A stretch of DNA of 64,000 nucleotides. Source: a virus. Its lineage: Duplodnaviria; Caudoviricetes. Numbering within the stretch: position 1 is the stretch's first letter; each line of letters starts with the position of its first letter. Location of the stretch: IMG/VR virus record IMGVR_UViG_3300025723_000033, positions 2,441-66,440 of that record. The stretch is one strand, 5' to 3'. Below are positions 17,013-27,236 of this stretch, piece after piece. The position numbers were made by a program, and so were the translations under genes. The notes below the pieces were generated by a model that saw nothing but the letters and a program-made list of their open reading frames with translations, was not told the origin of the DNA and did not search any database.

Positions 17013-18056
17013 ATGACCCAAGAAATAATCAATGTAGGAACTGCGCCTGACGATGGCAGCGGCGATCCTATACGCACGGCATTCACAAAAACTAATTCCA
17101 ATTTTACTCAATTATACAATCGTGTACAAAATCCTCCAGCTACACCATATGGTCAACTTGGTGACCAGGTCGGAATGTATGCAGTAAGCTCTATCTATTT
17201 TTACTACTGTTTTGCCAACTATGATGGCTCTAATGTAATATGGGGTGAAGTTTCTCAGGCAGGAAATATATCTGCTACATCACTGATATTTGGAAACAGT
17301 AATGTTGTTATCAGTGGTCCTGGCAGCAATGTAAACATTGGCGTGCATGGTGTCAGTAATGTGGCAGTCTTCAATGCCAATGGTATGATTGTTTCTGGTA
17401 CTACATCTGTGACTGGCAATATTTACAGTGGCAACACAATTACTGGTGCCAGTATGAGCACCACCGGCAATATTGTGGCAGCTGGCAACGTACAAGGCGG
17501 CAATTTAATTACCCTAGGGCAGGCTAGTGTCACAGGCAATGTCACTGCCAACTACTACTTCGGCAACGGCAGTCAATTGACTGGACTACCTGCCACTTAC
17601 AGCAATGCCAATGTGGCGGCTTTTTTACCTACCTACACAGGCAATTTATCTGCCAACAATGTCACTGCCAACTACTACTTCGGCAACGGCAGTCAATTGA
17701 CTGGACTACCTGCCACTTACAGCAATGCCAATGTGGCGGCTTTTTTACCTACCTACACAGGTAATTTGTTGGGCGGAAATCTAACTATAACCAATAATGC
17801 CAATGTACAAGGTAATGTTACAGTGGCAGGAACAATACATGGCAACTTAACTGGAACCACTTCTGGAATTCATAATGGCCTTGTATACTCGATCAATATA
17901 CAGGATCTTTCGTGGGATTTTGGATATATAGCTGCTAATACGTATACCAATCCTATGCAGTATCTGTTTGCAGTAACCAGTGCTGGCAATATTGATATGG
18001 GTAACATCACTAATCCATCGTCACTTAATATTGACATTGGTACGTTGAATTATTAA
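17013..18056 (+). CDS. Baseplate/tail-fibre-associated structural protein
   Basis: N-terminal INVGTAPDDGSGDPIRTAFTKTNSNF (T4 gp9/gp10-type N-terminus) and G-N-I/V-T repeats. Confidence 0.8.
   Translation: MTQEIINVGTAPDDGSGDPIRTAFTKTNSNFTQLYNRVQNPPATPYGQLGDQVGMYAVSSIYFYYCFANYDGSNVIWGEVSQAGNISATSLIFGNSNVVISGPGSNVNIGVHGVSNVAVFNANGMIVSGTTSVTGNIYSGNTITGASMSTTGNIVAAGNVQGGNLITLGQASVTGNVTANYYFGNGSQLTGLPATYSNANVAAFLPTYTGNLSANNVTANYYFGNGSQLTGLPATYSNANVAAFLPTYTGNLLGGNLTITNNANVQGNVTVAGTIHGNLTGTTSGIHNGLVYSINIQDLSWDFGYIAANTYTNPMQYLFAVTSAGNIDMGNITNPSSLNIDIGTLNY
17537..17761 (+). repeat. Tandem 120-bp coding duplication (105 bp identical)
   Basis: 17537-17641 equals 17657-17761. Confidence 0.95.
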
Positions 18057-18074
18057 AGAATCTAGGAGAATAAA

Positions 18075-19967
18075 ATGAGTTTGCAAATCAGACGTGGTAC
18101 TCAAGCCCAACTAAGCAATATTACACCTGTGGTAGGAGAAATGATTTATACCACAGATTCCAAACAGGTATTTGTAGGCGACGGTTCCACTGCAGGCGGT
18201 ATTGCCATTGCAGTAGGCAGTGGTGGCACTGTTACTGCCAACTTGATAGGAAACGTAACTGGTAGTTTGAGTGGCGTATTGGTCAGTGTCAGTGGCAATG
18301 TTTTGTCAGGAAATATACTGGCCAGTGGATTTGCAAGTGTAGCAGGTAATGTGACTGCCAGTTATCTCATTGGCAATGGAAGTCAATTGACCGGCATTAC
18401 CAGTGCCGGCAGTAGAATAAGCAATGGAAACACTGAAATCAACATTGGTGCATCAGCTGGAAATGCCAATATATCAGTGAATGGTACATCAAACGTGGCA
18501 GTATTTGCCAATACAGGCGTACTTGTCAACGGCACTGTTTCTGCGTCAGGAAACATAACTGGAGGAAACATATCAGTAACTGGAATAAATGGTACACTAC
18601 TGACTGCTTCCCAACCAAATATCACAACTTTGGCAAATTTAACCAGCCTAGGCACTGCCAATGTGACAACCAACGCACTGGGCAATATTGCAGTGGCAGG
18701 TATTATTAGTTCAACTGGAAATATAATTTCGTCTGCTAATATCATTGGAGGTAACTTATCCACTGCTGGGCAAGTGAGTGCAAGTGCCAATGTCACAGGT
18801 GGTAATCTTAACACTGCCGGGCAAGTGAGTGCAAGTGCCAATGTCACAGGTGGTAACTTAATTACTAATGGGCTTATATCTGCTACAGCAAACATATATT
18901 CAAATGCCACAGTTCATGCAACCAATGACATCTATGCAGGTGGTAATATCACTGCAACTGCATACACAGGCACTTTGATCAGTGTGGTAGGTAATGTTAC
19001 CGGCAATTATTTCTTTGGTAATGGTGCATGCCTGACAGGTATTATCACAAGCGTGTCCAACATCAACAATGGAACCAGCAATGTCAATATACCATCAAGT
19101 GGTGGCAATATTTTGATCAGTGTTGGCGGCAATTATAATGTGGCTACGGTTACTAATACTGGTATTTTGGTCAATGGGCTGATTTCAGTATCAGGCAATG
19201 TCACAGGTGCATATATCATTGGCAACGGATCGCAGTTGACTGGACTGCCTGCCAGCTATGGCAACGCCAATGTCAGCAATTACCTGGCAAATTTTGGCAG
19301 TAATGCTATCAGTACGTCAGGCAACATCACTGGCGGCTACATCATTGGCAACGGATCGCAGTTGACTGGACTGCCTGCCAGCTATGGCAACGCCAATGTC
19401 AGCAATTACCTGGCAAATTTTGGCAGTAATGCTATCAGTACGTCAGGCAACATCACTGGCGGCAATCTCTCAGTCGGAACTGGAAAAATAACCACAAATA
19501 ACATTGTCAACGGAGGCAGCAATGCCACCGGTAACATTGGGTCAAGTTCAACTTATTTTAACACAGTCTTTGCCCAAGCAACCACTGCACTGTACGCTGA
19601 CTTGGCAGAATGCTATCTTGGTGATGCCTACTATGCTCCTGGTACCGTGGTGTCTTTTGGTGGACCTGCTGAAATTACTTTTTGCGATTTGGATCAGGAT
19701 ACTGCTGTTGCTGGAGTGATATCTACCAATCCAGCATACGAAATGAATTCTGGACTTACCGGAGATTATGTGACTACTGTTGCTTTGGTTGGACGAGTGC
19801 CATGTAAAGTTATTGGCCCAGTTAACAAAGGAGCCTTGATGGTATCTGCCGGCAACGGTATGGCACGTGCAGAATCTTCTCCTAGAATTGGCACTGTGAT
19901 AGGCAAGGCAGTAGAATCATTTGATGGTAGTACTGGACTGATAGAAATTGTTGTTGGAAGAGTTTAA
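18075..19967 (+). CDS. Tail fibre protein with Mtd-like N-terminus and C-terminal intramolecular chaperone-like domain
   Basis: MSLQIRRGT...GEMIYTTDSKQVFVGDG; C-terminal ADLAECY...GVISTNPAY...VALVGRVPCKV. Confidence 0.8.
   Translation: MSLQIRRGTQAQLSNITPVVGEMIYTTDSKQVFVGDGSTAGGIAIAVGSGGTVTANLIGNVTGSLSGVLVSVSGNVLSGNILASGFASVAGNVTASYLIGNGSQLTGITSAGSRISNGNTEINIGASAGNANISVNGTSNVAVFANTGVLVNGTVSASGNITGGNISVTGINGTLLTASQPNITTLANLTSLGTANVTTNALGNIAVAGIISSTGNIISSANIIGGNLSTAGQVSASANVTGGNLNTAGQVSASANVTGGNLITNGLISATANIYSNATVHATNDIYAGGNITATAYTGTLISVVGNVTGNYFFGNGACLTGIITSVSNINNGTSNVNIPSSGGNILISVGGNYNVATVTNTGILVNGLISVSGNVTGAYIIGNGSQLTGLPASYGNANVSNYLANFGSNAISTSGNITGGYIIGNGSQLTGLPASYGNANVSNYLANFGSNAISTSGNITGGNLSVGTGKITTNNIVNGGSNATGNIGSSSTYFNTVFAQATTALYADLAECYLGDAYYAPGTVVSFGGPAEITFCDLDQDTAVAGVISTNPAYEMNSGLTGDYVTTVALVGRVPCKVIGPVNKGALMVSAGNGMARAESSPRIGTVIGKAVESFDGSTGLIEIVVGRV
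19215..19463 (+). repeat. Tandem 126-bp coding duplication (123 bp identical)
   Basis: 19215-19337 equals 19341-19463. Confidence 0.95.
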
Positions 19968-19972
19968 ATGTC

Positions 19973-22615
19973 ATGACACAACCAGTCTGGATTACGCCAT
20001 CTGGTAACCTAGGAACAATTCCAGAAGGAGTATTTTACTCTATTCCACTGGTAGCGGTCGCTCCAGCTGACACAGTATACTATCAACTCATTGCTGGCAG
20101 TTTGCCTAAGGGTATGTACGTAGATGAATCTGGTATACTAGGAGGCAATCCATCAGTTTCTGCTACCGCACAAGGTATTCCTGCACCAGTTCCAAATGAT
20201 ATCACAAGTAAATTTGCAGTCAGAGCCTACACAGAAAAAGTTATTGCAGGACATACTGTTATTGATCGATTGGCAGATCGTACATTTACACTGACAGTCA
20301 CCGGTCAAAATACTCCTCAATTTGTAACTCCTCCTGGCACAATTGCTACCTATTATGATGACAGTCAAGTTAGTGACCTGCAAATTGAAACATTCAATCC
20401 AGACATATATGCCACTTCGGTGATCACACTAGTTGGCGGTTCATTACCGCCAGGACTCACTATATCATTGAATGGTGTTATTTCTGGATATATTAGTCCC
20501 AATACCACAGTTACACCTACACCAACAGAAACAAACTATTCGTTTACTCTACGAGTCAGCAACATAATGGCCGGAGACATAAGAACATTTAATATTCTTG
20601 TGTATGCTCGATCAGTCATGACTGCCGACAACACAGTGATTACTGCTGACAACACATTTATCACTGCAGATGCCAGCCCTCAGGTACCGCCAATTATTAC
20701 CACACCAACAGGATCCATTGGCACGGTTAGAAGTGATAATTTTTATACTTTTCAGTTTTTTGGTATTGACTTCAACGATCAAGCATTTAAGTTTATTGCA
20801 AACACAACACCAGCTGGACTGACATTGGATCCTAATTCTGGTTGGTTATATGGCTATATACCTCCGTCTGGACTGGCATCCACTACGTATTCTTTTTCAG
20901 TAAGAGCATACGAAACGGCCAATCCCAGTGTGATCAGCAATCCTTATGATTATAGCCTAACTGTTACAGGACCACTCAACAGCGAAGTGGTTTGGTTGAC
21001 CTCTAGTAATTTAGGTACCATTGACAATGGATCAACCAGTACTTTTTATGTAGAAGCAGTCAATGTTTCTGGATTGGTTTTGCAGTATCAATTGGTTTCG
21101 GGCAGTGACAGTAATTTGCCTCAAGGACTTGAACTACTTACATCTGGGGAAATAGCAGGCCGAGTAAGTTTCAATACGTTTGCTTTGGACGGTGGGACTA
21201 CCACTTTTGATGTTTCTAATAATCCCTTATACAATATAGTTATAAATCCGGCTACCAGCACTACAGAGACAACGTTTGATCTCAGTCATACTTTTACTGT
21301 AAATGCATTCAGTGTAAATGGCGTGGTCAATGCCAATAAGACTTTTACAATCACTGTGGTTCGAAGATTTAATCAACCATTTGATAATCTCTATATTCAA
21401 GCCATGCCCCCGTTGAACGATAGAGATTTTTTAAATTTGTTTTTGCAAAACATCACAATATTTCCGCCTGAGTTAATCTACAGATACAACGATCCAAATT
21501 TTGGTGTGGCCAAAAATGTTGTTTACTATCATGCCTACGGACTTACTGCAGACACATTAGATGCATATGTGGCCAGTTTGAATTTGAATCATTATTGGAA
21601 AAATCTAGTGTTGGGTAGTATCAAGACTGCTCAAGCCTTGGACGATGCTGGCAACATAATTTACGAAATTGTTTACAGCGACATCATTGATGATCTTGTA
21701 AACAATCAAGGACAAAGTGTTAACAAAGAAGTCACATTGCCTTACCAGTTGAACAAGCCAAACAATGAAAAAATTACCACGGTTTATCCCAACAGTTTAT
21801 CCAACATGCGCAACCAGGTCATTGATGTAATTGGGCAAATCAGCAATGTGCTACCACGTTGGATGCTCAGCAAACAGTCCAACGGACAAGTTTTGGGATT
21901 TACTCCAGCCTGGGTGATTGCGTACTGTAAACCAGGCGAGAGCGGTCAAATAGCCTATAATATTCAAACTACCATTGGCAACGCTTTGAATTTGGTTGAT
22001 TATCAAGTTGACCGATATGAGCTAGATAATTTATTGACCAAGAACTGGAATAGAGAAAGCCAACATTGGATTCCGACCCCGCCAAGTTGGGTGAGTTTTG
22101 ATGTGCAATGCCACTATCAACTAGTGTCTATAAACAACAGCGGAACCAATTACCAAATTGGTGACAAGATAAAAATCCCAGGATCATTGGTAGGAGGGCA
22201 AGATGGCATCAATGATGTCACACTAGTGGTCAATACCGTAACTTCTGGTGCGATTCAAGCAGTATTTTGTTCTGGGCAAGCTCCTCAGCGGTCAGCAGGT
22301 CATACATACAATGATGTAGCAGGAATCAATATCATAGGATCAGGCACTGGCGCTACTTGGAATATAACAACTGTTCCAGGTATTGCTACCACATTTGATG
22401 TAAACAGCATGGTGTTTACTGATCCATTGGATACCTATTCTAATACCAATGCCTATGACAAGTATTTGTTGTTCCCTCAACGTAATATCATCAATGGCCC
22501 CATTGTACCAGTCAACACAACCGTGATCTGGATCAATAGTGCTGGGCAAACAGTTAGCTGGACTAACAACACTGGTCAAACAGTGGTCTGGACCAATGAT
22601 CTTGCTAGCACATAA
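19973..22615 (+). CDS. Large structural protein with multiple putative Ig-like domains (baseplate/tail)
   Basis: Repeated W.T..G.LGTI...GSLP.GL.L...G.I.G blocks. Confidence 0.75.
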   Translation: MTQPVWITPSGNLGTIPEGVFYSIPLVAVAPADTVYYQLIAGSLPKGMYVDESGILGGNPSVSATAQGIPAPVPNDITSKFAVRAYTEKVIAGHTVIDRLADRTFTLTVTGQNTPQFVTPPGTIATYYDDSQVSDLQIETFNPDIYATSVITLVGGSLPPGLTISLNGVISGYISPNTTVTPTPTETNYSFTLRVSNIMAGDIRTFNILVYARSVMTADNTVITADNTFITADASPQVPPIITTPTGSIGTVRSDNFYTFQFFGIDFNDQAFKFIANTTPAGLTLDPNSGWLYGYIPPSGLASTTYSFSVRAYETANPSVISNPYDYSLTVTGPLNSEVVWLTSSNLGTIDNGSTSTFYVEAVNVSGLVLQYQLVSGSDSNLPQGLELLTSGEIAGRVSFNTFALDGGTTTFDVSNNPLYNIVINPATSTTETTFDLSHTFTVNAFSVNGVVNANKTFTITVVRRFNQPFDNLYIQAMPPLNDRDFLNLFLQNITIFPPELIYRYNDPNFGVAKNVVYYHAYGLTADTLDAYVASLNLNHYWKNLVLGSIKTAQALDDAGNIIYEIVYSDIIDDLVNNQGQSVNKEVTLPYQLNKPNNEKITTVYPNSLSNMRNQVIDVIGQISNVLPRWMLSKQSNGQVLGFTPAWVIAYCKPGESGQIAYNIQTTIGNALNLVDYQVDRYELDNLLTKNWNRESQHWIPTPPSWVSFDVQCHYQLVSINNSGTNYQIGDKIKIPGSLVGGQDGINDVTLVVNTVTSGAIQAVFCSGQAPQRSAGHTYNDVAGINIIGSGTGATWNITTVPGIATTFDVNSMVFTDPLDTYSNTNAYDKYLLFPQRNIINGPIVPVNTTVIWINSAGQTVSWTNNTGQTVVWTNDLAST

Positions 22616-22641
22616 ATATTGATATACAAAGAATACTCATT

Positions 22642-24576
22642 ATGACTGTACCTTATATTTTTGCTAATTCTACAGGAAGCATACCACTGGCTGAATTAGA
22701 TGGTAATTTTGCCAATGTTAGCAACTATGTTGTTTCAGCGGGTACTGTGGTTGACAGTGTACAGGCCAATATTTTGACAGTTGGCACATTGACATACTTA
22801 GATGTCAATGGAAATATCACTAACAACGGAAACATAATAACTCCGTATTTTTATGGCGACGGATCAAATATCAGTAATTTGACTGGACCCAATGTCACTG
22901 GCCAAGTGGGCAACGCTCTAGTAGCGGGTACAGTGTATACTCCGGCTCAGAGTAACATAACTTCGCTTGGAACATTGACATCGCTTTCGGTCAACGGCAA
23001 CACTACCAGCGGCAATGTGATTGTCAATGGACTCATGTCAGCCACGGGTTCTATCTTTGGTCTCAGTGTATTTTTGAGTCAATCAGTCAGTGCCACTGGC
23101 AATATCACCAGTGGTAATATCTTGACCAGTGGAGTTGTATCAGCAACCAGTAATATCACTGGCGGTAATATCTTGACCAGTGGAGTTGTATCAGCAACCA
23201 GTAATATCACTGGCGGTAATATCTTGACCAGTGGAGTTGTATCGGTCACTGGAACAATAACTGGTAGAGATTTATCTGTGGCCAGCAATATAGCTGCCGG
23301 AAATATAGCAGTCAGCGGCGCAATAAGTGCCACTGGCAATGTGGTTGGAGGCAATTTGATAACCAGTGGAAATGTATTTGTGACCACTGGAATCATTGGC
23401 GGCAATATATCAACTACAGGAAATATCATTGGTAGTAATATCACTGGCAGTAACTTATCTGCTGGCAATATCTTCAGTGCTGGATCAGCGTCGATTGCAG
23501 GAAATATATCCAGTGGAAATCTAACTATTTTGGGACAAATTTCCTCAACTGGCAGTATCACTGGCGGCAATGTACTGACCAGTGGGCTGATAAGTGTAAC
23601 CGGCAACATTGTCTCGACTGCAAATATCACTGGTATCAATTTGCTTACGACTGGCGCAGTTTCGGCGTTGGGCAATATAAAAGGTGCATACATATTTGGC
23701 AATGGTGCACTGTTGACTGGAGTAATAACCAGTGTTGCTAATATCAATCTGGGATCGTCAAATGTCACAGTCACCAGTGCCGGCGGAAACGTCACAGTAG
23801 GTATAGGTGGAACTCCAAATGTAGTGCAATTTGCCAACACTGGACAATATGTAACAGGCGTAGTCAGTGCAACTGGTAACATTGTTGGCAATTATCTAAT
23901 AGGAAATGCTTATTATCTAACCGGTTCTTACATGAAATGGACCACTTTGGCCAACACACCGCCAGTTGGTGCCCAGGCCGGCGATTATTGGTTTAATTCT
24001 GCCACAGGTATCAAATATCAATATATCAACGACGGCACTGGCAATAGTTGGGTAGATCAAAGTTCTCCTACATCATTTGCCACGTTGACCGTGGGAAGTA
24101 TTCTAAACAATAATGCCAATGGCATAGGCAACATAGGAACCAATGCCAATTATTTCAACACAATATTTGCAAAAAGTACCAGTGCACAATATGCCGATCT
24201 TGCAGAAATGTATTGTGCTGATAACAATTATCCTCCTGGCACTGTGGTAGAATTTGGCGGAGACGAAGAAATCACAGTAAGCACCACCAATCATAGCACA
24301 CGAGTAGCAGGTATTGTATCAACTCATCCTAGTTACCTAATGAACAGTACTCTAGAAGGCCGCAATACTGTGCAGGTGGCGTTGGTTGGTAGAGTACCAT
24401 GTCTGGTGATTGGTACAGTACACAAAGGAGACAGGCTAGTGACCAGTGACATACCAGGAGTTGCACAGGCCATGAATCGATCTGCTTATGAACCAGGCTG
24501 CATAGTTGGCAAATCATTGCAAGATTATGACTCAACCGAAGTTGGTATGATAGAAGTAGCAGTAGGGAGAGATTAA
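22642..24576 (+). CDS. Tail fibre protein with G-N-I-T-G repeats and C-terminal chaperone-like domain
   Basis: IPLAELDGNF N-terminus; AQYADLAEMY...VALVGRVPC; TAAATA at 22613. Confidence 0.8.
   Translation: MTVPYIFANSTGSIPLAELDGNFANVSNYVVSAGTVVDSVQANILTVGTLTYLDVNGNITNNGNIITPYFYGDGSNISNLTGPNVTGQVGNALVAGTVYTPAQSNITSLGTLTSLSVNGNTTSGNVIVNGLMSATGSIFGLSVFLSQSVSATGNITSGNILTSGVVSATSNITGGNILTSGVVSATSNITGGNILTSGVVSVTGTITGRDLSVASNIAAGNIAVSGAISATGNVVGGNLITSGNVFVTTGIIGGNISTTGNIIGSNITGSNLSAGNIFSAGSASIAGNISSGNLTILGQISSTGSITGGNVLTSGLISVTGNIVSTANITGINLLTTGAVSALGNIKGAYIFGNGALLTGVITSVANINLGSSNVTVTSAGGNVTVGIGGTPNVVQFANTGQYVTGVVSATGNIVGNYLIGNAYYLTGSYMKWTTLANTPPVGAQAGDYWFNSATGIKYQYINDGTGNSWVDQSSPTSFATLTVGSILNNNANGIGNIGTNANYFNTIFAKSTSAQYADLAEMYCADNNYPPGTVVEFGGDEEITVSTTNHSTRVAGIVSTHPSYLMNSTLEGRNTVQVALVGRVPCLVIGTVHKGDRLVTSDIPGVAQAMNRSAYEPGCIVGKSLQDYDSTEVGMIEVAVGRD
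23113..23243 (+). repeat. 51-bp tandem coding repeat (about 2.6 copies; GNILTSGVVSATSNITG)
   Basis: Units begin at 23113, 23164 and 23215. Confidence 0.9.
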
Positions 24577-25436
24577 TGGCATTTCCAACAAACCCAACCA
24601 ATGGTCAACAAACTGATGTCAACGGCATTTTGTACACTTACAACAGCACACTGACTGCTTGGACAGTGACATCATCTGGCGGCGCATTGGTCACTGCAAA
24701 TGCTCTAGCAGTTTCAGGCAACATCACCGGCGGCAGTATATTAAGCAGCGGATTGATAAGTACCACCGGAAATATCAATGGAGCCTATGTCAATGGGAAT
24801 ATCAGCACTGCAAATATTTTAACTGGTGGGCTCATCAGTGCCGCCGGCAATATCAGTGGTTCTTACATTATAGGCAATGGCAGTTACTTGACAGGTGTAG
24901 TAACTAATTATGGCAACGCTAATGTGGCCAATTACCTGCCTGTCTATGGCAGCAATATACTGGTAACCAATATTAACAATGCCAGTGGCAATGGATCTGG
25001 AAACATTGGTAATAGCTCAAGTTACTTCAATGTAGTATTCGCCAAAAGTACCAGTGCACAATATGCTGACTTGGCTGAAGTATACATGGCTGACAATGAA
25101 TACGACAAAGGCACAGTGGTTGTATTTGGTGGGCCAAACGAAATAACAGTAAGTAATATCAGTCATGATACCAGAGTGGCCGGTGTAGTATCAACCAATC
25201 CTGCCTATGTAATGAACTCTTCTAATCCCGGAATAGCCATAGCGCTCACTGGCAAAGTTCCGTGTTGGGTAAAAGGTCCAGTATGCAAGGGTGATAGATT
25301 AGTTAACATTGAATCTGGAACTGCAGGAAGAATTGATCCAGAATTGGCCAATATCGGCTGTATCATTGGCAAGAGCTTGTGTGACATCAATGACACTGAT
25401 ATACATCTAATTGAAATTGCAGTAGGAAGATATTAG
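24576..25436 (+). CDS. Short tail fibre/accessory protein with C-terminal chaperone-like domain
   Basis: MAFPTNPTNGQ...YTYNS...W; AQYADLAEVY...IALTGKVPCWV. Confidence 0.75.
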   Translation: MAFPTNPTNGQQTDVNGILYTYNSTLTAWTVTSSGGALVTANALAVSGNITGGSILSSGLISTTGNINGAYVNGNISTANILTGGLISAAGNISGSYIIGNGSYLTGVVTNYGNANVANYLPVYGSNILVTNINNASGNGSGNIGNSSSYFNVVFAKSTSAQYADLAEVYMADNEYDKGTVVVFGGPNEITVSNISHDTRVAGVVSTNPAYVMNSSNPGIAIALTGKVPCWVKGPVCKGDRLVNIESGTAGRIDPELANIGCIIGKSLCDINDTDIHLIEIAVGRY

Positions 25437-25484
25437 CAGGCTTTGCAGTAGCGATAAATACTAGATCAAAAATTAGGATTACAA

Positions 25485-26378
25485 ATGACCAGTGCCATAA
25501 ACCCAAATAATATCAACGGTGCCTATCCAGTGGCTGGACAGGACAACAACAGTCAAGGATTTCGTGACAATTTTACCAATACTGCCACAAACTTTCAATA
25601 TGCGGCCAACGAAATAACTGCACTTCAAAATAATGCAGTGTTGTCAGTGGATTTGGCAACCAGTACTAATCCAGTATTTAATAATTTGTTGACCAGTACT
25701 CTTAGCAATGGGTATCTACAAAATATGTACACTCCATTGGTGCCACTGGGCACGTTAAATGGAGCAGTCACTGTAAACTATGCTTTGGGATCATATCAAA
25801 CTGTAACTACCAGTGGTTCAATCACATTGGGTTTCAGCAACTTACCTGCAGCTGGCAAGGTTGCTACTGTTACTCTACAAATTACTGTGGCCAGCACTGC
25901 ACACACACTACAACTACCAGCTGCAGTTTCAATTAACAATGCAGGAATTCAAGGCATCAATGCATCAACCAATGTGATTACTTTTGCAGCAGTAGGAATA
26001 TATGCTTTTCAATTCACTACCAGCGACGGTGGATCCACTGTGTCTGTGGTACAAGTCAATGAACGTATATCACCGTTCAACAATTCTGCTGAAGCTTTGG
26101 CAGGCAGTGCCGCAGCCAATTTAGCAACTACTACTAGTTATTTTGCCACGGTATCGACCGAAACTGCCACATTGGCTGCTGGAGTAGCAGGACAAATAAA
26201 AACTTTTTGTGCAGTTGATATCACTGCTGGTAACATGGTTATCACAGTCACAAATGCTGGCTGGAAGTCATCCGGCACAGGCACTATCACATTCAGCGCC
26301 CGCGGATCTAGTTGCATTCTACAGTATGTCAACTCTAAATGGTTTTGTATTGGCAACAATGGTGCAGCATTTGCTTGA
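25485..26378 (+). CDS. Virion structural protein (putative)
   Basis: TAAATA 25455 plus RBS; YPVAGQDNNSQGFRDNF N-terminal motif; Ser/Thr/Ala-rich. Confidence 0.65.
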   Translation: MTSAINPNNINGAYPVAGQDNNSQGFRDNFTNTATNFQYAANEITALQNNAVLSVDLATSTNPVFNNLLTSTLSNGYLQNMYTPLVPLGTLNGAVTVNYALGSYQTVTTSGSITLGFSNLPAAGKVATVTLQITVASTAHTLQLPAAVSINNAGIQGINASTNVITFAAVGIYAFQFTTSDGGSTVSVVQVNERISPFNNSAEALAGSAAANLATTTSYFATVSTETATLAAGVAGQIKTFCAVDITAGNMVITVTNAGWKSSGTGTITFSARGSSCILQYVNSKWFCIGNNGAAFA

Positions 26379-26403
26379 CCAATAGGCAATGATGTTGTAT
26401 AAT
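26375..26403 (+). promoter_or_regulatory. Sigma70-like promoter, leaderless spacing
   Basis: TTGACC-N17-TATAAT-N6-ATG 26410. Confidence 0.75.
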
Positions 26404-26409
26404 TAACGT

Positions 26410-26631
26410 ATGGAACATCCGTTAATTAGTAACCTAAATGATCTAACAGAAGAACAACTGTTAGAAAAGATATTTGAACTAAGGAAAAAATTAAACATTG
26501 CCTATGGCACAGGCAATGCAGATCTCTGTAACCAAATACGCATGGCCATTGAGAGTTTTCAGTCCAAATACAATGAAAAAACACGCCGTGATTCTAACAA
26601 TAACTTTGACGAGATAATTAACATTTCATGA
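26410..26631 (+). CDS. Hypothetical protein (73 aa)
   Basis: ORF directly after promoter. Confidence 0.75.
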   Translation: MEHPLISNLNDLTEEQLLEKIFELRKKLNIAYGTGNADLCNQIRMAIESFQSKYNEKTRRDSNNNFDEIINIS

Positions 26632-27236
26632 ATGCACGAATTTCAACAGATTTACATTTTACTGCTGGCATATACCACAACGGAGCAGTGCAAATGAACT
26701 CGTACATTCTTAAACTTTGGATGATGACACGCACAACAGATCCAGAAAGTCACAACATTGCATTTGAAAGAATCAAGTATTTTGTATACAACTGTATTGA
26801 CAGTTCTATAATGATCAGCAGCGAATATCAGGAAACGTTTCAAAAATTCCTCAATGCAGGTTTGAGAATCACTACCATGCCCACTGACCCTGTTGATCAG
26901 CTGATAGGCATTATGTTATACTACAAACTTAACGCTATTATGGAAGGCCGAATTACCATAGCAGAAACAGAAATCAGCAGCGTTATGGGCGATTCCATGG
27001 TATACCTACACAACGAATTAGAAAATCCAGAAATAGAAAACCGCCCCAATTGGTGGACTTCTGCTGAAATTGATCAGTGTGATTATAGCCTGGCTGAATT
27101 CAACAAAGTGGTAGAGATGCCAGATTCTCGAGGCTGGAGAGAATTAGATCTTTCGTGGCCAGTGGGCGCCGATGATGCAGATTTTGGAAACACAATAGTA
27201 TTTGCAGACTTTAACAAAAACAATGCAACAGAATAA
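26628..27236 (+). CDS. Hypothetical protein (202 aa)
   Basis: ATGA-coupled ORF. Confidence 0.75.
   Translation: MNARISTDLHFTAGIYHNGAVQMNSYILKLWMMTRTTDPESHNIAFERIKYFVYNCIDSSIMISSEYQETFQKFLNAGLRITTMPTDPVDQLIGIMLYYKLNAIMEGRITIAETEISSVMGDSMVYLHNELENPEIENRPNWWTSAEIDQCDYSLAEFNKVVEMPDSRGWRELDLSWPVGADDADFGNTIVFADFNKNNATE

Noticed and set aside
17537-19463. Tail-fibre repeats as a diversity-generating retroelement TR/VR pair
   Set aside because: Copies are identical and adjacent with no adenine-specific mismatches, and no reverse transcriptase is in the window
18383-23891. Long minus-strand ORFs 18383-18910 and 23079-23891
   Set aside because: Antisense shadows of Gly/Asn/Thr-rich fibre genes, with no promoter or RBS and a mirrored repeat pattern
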